From: a virus
Taxonomy: Duplodnaviria > Caudoviricetes
Direction: 5' to 3' (one strand)
Virus record (IMG/VR): IMGVR_UViG_3300037991_000411
Span: 1 to 28,936 of that record
Length of the DNA stretch: 28,936 nucleotides
A program made the position numbers and the translations under genes. Positions 26,701 to 28,936 of the stretch are shown one piece after another. Every line of letters begins with the position of its first letter. Positions within the stretch are counted from its first letter, which is position 1. Under the pieces are notes generated by a model that was not told where the DNA came from, ran no database searches, and saw only the letters and a program-made list of their open reading frames with translations.

Positions 26701-27206
26701 TTACTTTAAGCGGTTACACAGTAGGAAATACAACGGGATATGCTTATCCACAAGGTGACCCATACGGCAAACCATTATTGATTCCTGATAATGTCAATCT
26801 ACTTGTTAGAGTAAATACTTTAGCTACTGTAGTAGGTGGCACAAGTGCTAGTTATCCATTAGGAAGAACAGAGGCATTAGCTTATTATGCTGCTTTTAGA
26901 ATAACTAAAGGACAAGTAATTAGAGTAGGTACGGCAGGAGGTGTTCAAGAATTTAGTATAGTTGAAACAGGTTCAGCAGGTTGCACAATGAGTATACAAG
27001 TACAGGCAAACGCTGACGGACAAAATGTATTAACCTTTGGCTTATTAGATAGTCAAACAGATACTAAGAGATTATGGAATCTTAAAGCAGATATAAGTGT
27101 AAATAGAATTAATAATATGAATTTAGAATATGATGGAAATTGGGCATTATTCCAAAATGGCGATAACATCTTATTCCAAAATGGAGATTATATGTTATGG
27201 AATTAA
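23724..27206 (+). CDS. Large tail tip/hub protein, probable host-recognition component
   Basis: 1160 aa; FSQTFKLP, DIIQRFNL, IEPYDDF and WTDKLD hub-like motifs; Ser/Thr-rich insertion; Cys-rich segment. Confidence 0.68.
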   Translation: MNVRLVAYRKATSGASSTTAYNLDLQEAPNISLNYQFSDIKEPETRKGSFSQTFKLPFTDNNNQFFQDWYNVNLDTLVFNTRTKFDAVLYIGAVPQFEGALQLKSVYKKAQCYEVVLMSSSASLFSTIGEQRLKDVFKEDNGSYSADLNHVYNDTNIKASWDGGSSSFQNAAGTALRDTDFDVQKVMYPISVTREKFYYGSEARYLNLDQTTANTLVSDSGVEAAYDYSVDINQFRPAIQIKYLFDRIMAKAGFSYTSDFISGTGDYSSDKYFGKIFMTTGTALEQSALPTTNTNASPSGVMQVSNNAQWGSQTIAAGTSGCQTFQFVVPANTTSASGTCTTPADPDSIWNTTYNYFTKQDTTMEAVLVRYIPTWSNFENCGGTMTFKAFLREWDTTTNSPTDVIYGDMSDYVYTSVDTASGATYLFAHGLSLEEMPPGKSAQIVIEVGQIQQDNAASSSTITLGNSSAPALGCGTFYNNIRIDWVGYSTNVFGATVDVPACIDADITQRAFLKDIIQRFNLVILTDPNDDTNLIIEPYDDFIASGEIKQWTDKLDTSKEIIVKDTTELQKKTIHLTDQEDVDLYNKSFKERYPELNVFGHLKIDEFNNEFATGELKNESIFSPYINSQVFVTDDEQFGTLLPNMAVQYEFSYETNDGVDVNKIKKTKPKLYWYNGTATNVLNPAGSQVNYYLHRSSNTTLTAYDFNTYPVCTPFDITPSSNVYTLSEDNRSLYWNATPPIVGNLQVFNYQGYIGNWFNKTLYGEWWKPYLDNIYSSEARIMECYLNLNEVDIFDFSFADEIFIKDTYWRILKIQNYQVGAKASTKVTLIKSLDTRSNCNGCDYSIGKVGDSNLFWNTYYLWCPDDNPGCTPVITGSYPPGAYTSPECCTCNGGIVAWHLIDPNTNLYPCIANASSLPLRIKSILSSTNIMSQGQLKTLIYDKLGGRDRPLIRGVNNTKYSQNLLPTYGDDIIIKYKSKNRKTPQYSGENHRITLSGYTVGNTTGYAYPQGDPYGKPLLIPDNVNLLVRVNTLATVVGGTSASYPLGRTEALAYYAAFRITKGQVIRVGTAGGVQEFSIVETGSAGCTMSIQVQANADGQNVLTFGLLDSQTDTKRLWNLKADISVNRINNMNLEYDGNWALFQNGDNILFQNGDYMLWN

Positions 27207-27370
27207 AAAAGTATATAGAATCAATGGCAAAATTAGTAATACCTACTATAGACCACATACAGCTAGTAGAATATACTGACAAAGAGTTAGATTTTGCTTA
27301 TGGTATGGAAGAATACCACACAAGTTTCAGAAGAATGTTTAAACAATTAATAAGATTGCTATGGCGATAG
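27197..27370 (+). CDS. Small hypothetical protein, 57 aa (not in ORF track)
   Basis: MELKKYIESMAKLVIPTIDHIQLVEYTDKELDFAYGMEEYHTSFRRMFKQLIRLLWR; overlaps both neighbours. Confidence 0.65.
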   Translation: MELKKYIESMAKLVIPTIDHIQLVEYTDKELDFAYGMEEYHTSFRRMFKQLIRLLWR

Positions 27371-28869
27371 AAAAAACAATAAAATTAAAAGTAGATAGTA
27401 AAGAAGCTGTACAAGGTATAGACCAAGTAGAGAAAGGTGTAAAAGGCATAGATTCATCAGCTAAAGGTGCAAGTACAGGTCTAGGAACTATGACAGGTGC
27501 AGCTAAAGGTTTAGGTTTAGCATTTAAAGCTATTGGGATTGGTTTAATTGTTACTGCATTTATGAAATTAAAAGATATTTTTAGTGGTAATATAGAAACT
27601 GCTAGAATGTTTGAAAGGGTAACTTCTCAATTAAGTGCTGCTTTTGATGTTATTAGAGATAGAGCTGAAGATTTTATTAAGTCATTAATTAAACTTAAAA
27701 ATCCTCTAAAAGCATTTAGAGAAGCATTTACAGGAACTACAGCAGAAATAAAAGAAGAAACTAAAGCAATGGGAGCTTTAACAAAGCAGTTGCAAGAGGT
27801 TAGAGATGAAGAAAGAGATTTAATGCTAGAAAGGTCTAAAGCTAATAAAATTATAGCAGAATCTAGGTTATTAGCAGAAGATGACACTAAATCTATGGAA
27901 GAAAGGCTAGTAGCTCTTAAAACGGCAGTAGCAGAAGAAAAAAGAGTAGCAGATTTAGAGGTAGCTACACAACAGAAAAAAGTAGAAGCAATGCAAAAGG
28001 TGATTGATTTAGGAAAATCATCAGAGGAAGATATTGCAAATTTAGCGGCTGAAAGAGCAAGATTGATAGATTTACAAACAGCATCTACTTTAAAACAAAA
28101 ACGAGTAGCTGCTGAAATAGGCACGTTTACTAGTCAAATAGAAAAGAAAAATGCTAAAATAGAAAAAGACAAACTAGATAGAATAGAATTAAACAATAAA
28201 GCTAAAGAGTTAGAACTTCAAATTACTGAAGAAATGTCTAACAAAGAAATAGCTGATTTAATTAAAAAGAAAGAGAAAGAATTACAAGTAGAACAACAGG
28301 CGGCAGATAAATTAAAAGAACAAAAAAAGAAAGAAGCAGCAGACCTTAAAGCGTTAAATGACAAAAAAGCTGCTGATGAATTAGCTATCCAAAAAGCTAG
28401 AATAGCTGCTGTTAAAGCTATGGAAATAGGTGCTGCTAAAAGTATTCTAGGGTCTTTAGGGCAATTAGCAGGAGAGGGAACTAAAATGGCTAAGGCAACA
28501 GCTATAGCACAAATCTTAATTAATTCTGCACAAGGTGTTTCAGCAGCAATTAAAGCAGGTGCAGGAATACCTTTTCCTGCTAATTTAGGTGCAATAGCTT
28601 CAGGTGTTGCTTCTGTACTTTCAGGAATAGCTAGTGCAAAAGGTATATTAAGCAAAGTTCAAGCAGGTGGCTCTGTTGATACAGGTGGGGATGAACAAGT
28701 AAATATAACAACACCACAGGCAGGAGGAATAGGTGGATTAATTCCTAATTTAGAGGCTATATCTCCACCTGACATATCACAGCAACCTGTACAGGCGTTT
28801 GTAGTAGAAAATGATATTAGTAATAGTCAGGCATTACAAGAAGAACTAGAAATACAGGCAACATTATAA
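27361..28869 (+). CDS. Tail tape measure protein
   Basis: 502 aa, helical, Ala/Lys/Glu-rich coiled coil with Gly/Ala hydrophobic segments; C-terminal PVQAFVV motif. Confidence 0.8.
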   Translation: MAIEKTIKLKVDSKEAVQGIDQVEKGVKGIDSSAKGASTGLGTMTGAAKGLGLAFKAIGIGLIVTAFMKLKDIFSGNIETARMFERVTSQLSAAFDVIRDRAEDFIKSLIKLKNPLKAFREAFTGTTAEIKEETKAMGALTKQLQEVRDEERDLMLERSKANKIIAESRLLAEDDTKSMEERLVALKTAVAEEKRVADLEVATQQKKVEAMQKVIDLGKSSEEDIANLAAERARLIDLQTASTLKQKRVAAEIGTFTSQIEKKNAKIEKDKLDRIELNNKAKELELQITEEMSNKEIADLIKKKEKELQVEQQAADKLKEQKKKEAADLKALNDKKAADELAIQKARIAAVKAMEIGAAKSILGSLGQLAGEGTKMAKATAIAQILINSAQGVSAAIKAGAGIPFPANLGAIASGVASVLSGIASAKGILSKVQAGGSVDTGGDEQVNITTPQAGGIGGLIPNLEAISPPDISQQPVQAFVVENDISNSQALQEELEIQATL

Positions 28870-28936
28870 ACAAAAAACAACAATTTATATTTATTAGTAT
28901 TATGGCAAAGAAAAAGAAAAAACTTATAGAACTTAT
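28859..28936. repeat. Terminal direct repeat (copy 2)
   Basis: Identical to 1-78. Confidence 0.97.

Noticed and set aside
481-28655. Long minus-strand ORFs opposite structural genes (e.g. 1280-1696, 5233-5619, 27627-28124, 28218-28655)
   Set aside because: Ser/Leu/Phe-rich shadows of Glu/Lys-rich + strand genes, with no motifs or promoters.
1-28936. DGR, retron, integrase, tRNA, intron or stop-codon reassignment
   Set aside because: No reverse transcriptase or recombinase motifs, template/variable repeat pair or cloverleaf were seen, and genes tile densely under the standard code.

Overview
This window is an apparently complete, circularly assembled, AT-rich tailed-phage genome of about 28,858 bp (positions 1-78 recur exactly at 28859-28936). 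A Bacteroidota host, probably Flavobacteriia, is inferred from a TAnnTTTG promoter, A/T-rich leaders without obvious Shine-Dalgarno sites, DUF3127- and DUF4373-like genes, and Q-rule signal peptides. It looks like a siphovirus. It encodes an XkdF-type prohead protease, scaffold, capsid, tail tube, extended portal, adaptor, M15A endolysin with holins, a replication/recombination block, two DNA methyltransferases, an ECF-like sigma factor, terminase, a frameshifted tail chaperone pair, tail proteins and a tape measure. I saw no integrase, polymerase, tRNA or CRISPR. The most novel element is a five-gene cell-envelope cassette inside the late operon (7925-10428). It comprises an outer-membrane beta-barrel, a secreted protein (LDL-receptor class A-like domain, seven Bacteroidota O-glycosylation sequons, T9SS-like C-terminal tail), two small membrane proteins and an exported thioredoxin fold lacking CxxC. 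Also notable are a four-copy late promoter AAACAA-N10-TTTATATTTAT and apparent total avoidance of GATC. All family calls are from motif recognition by eye; no database searches were run.
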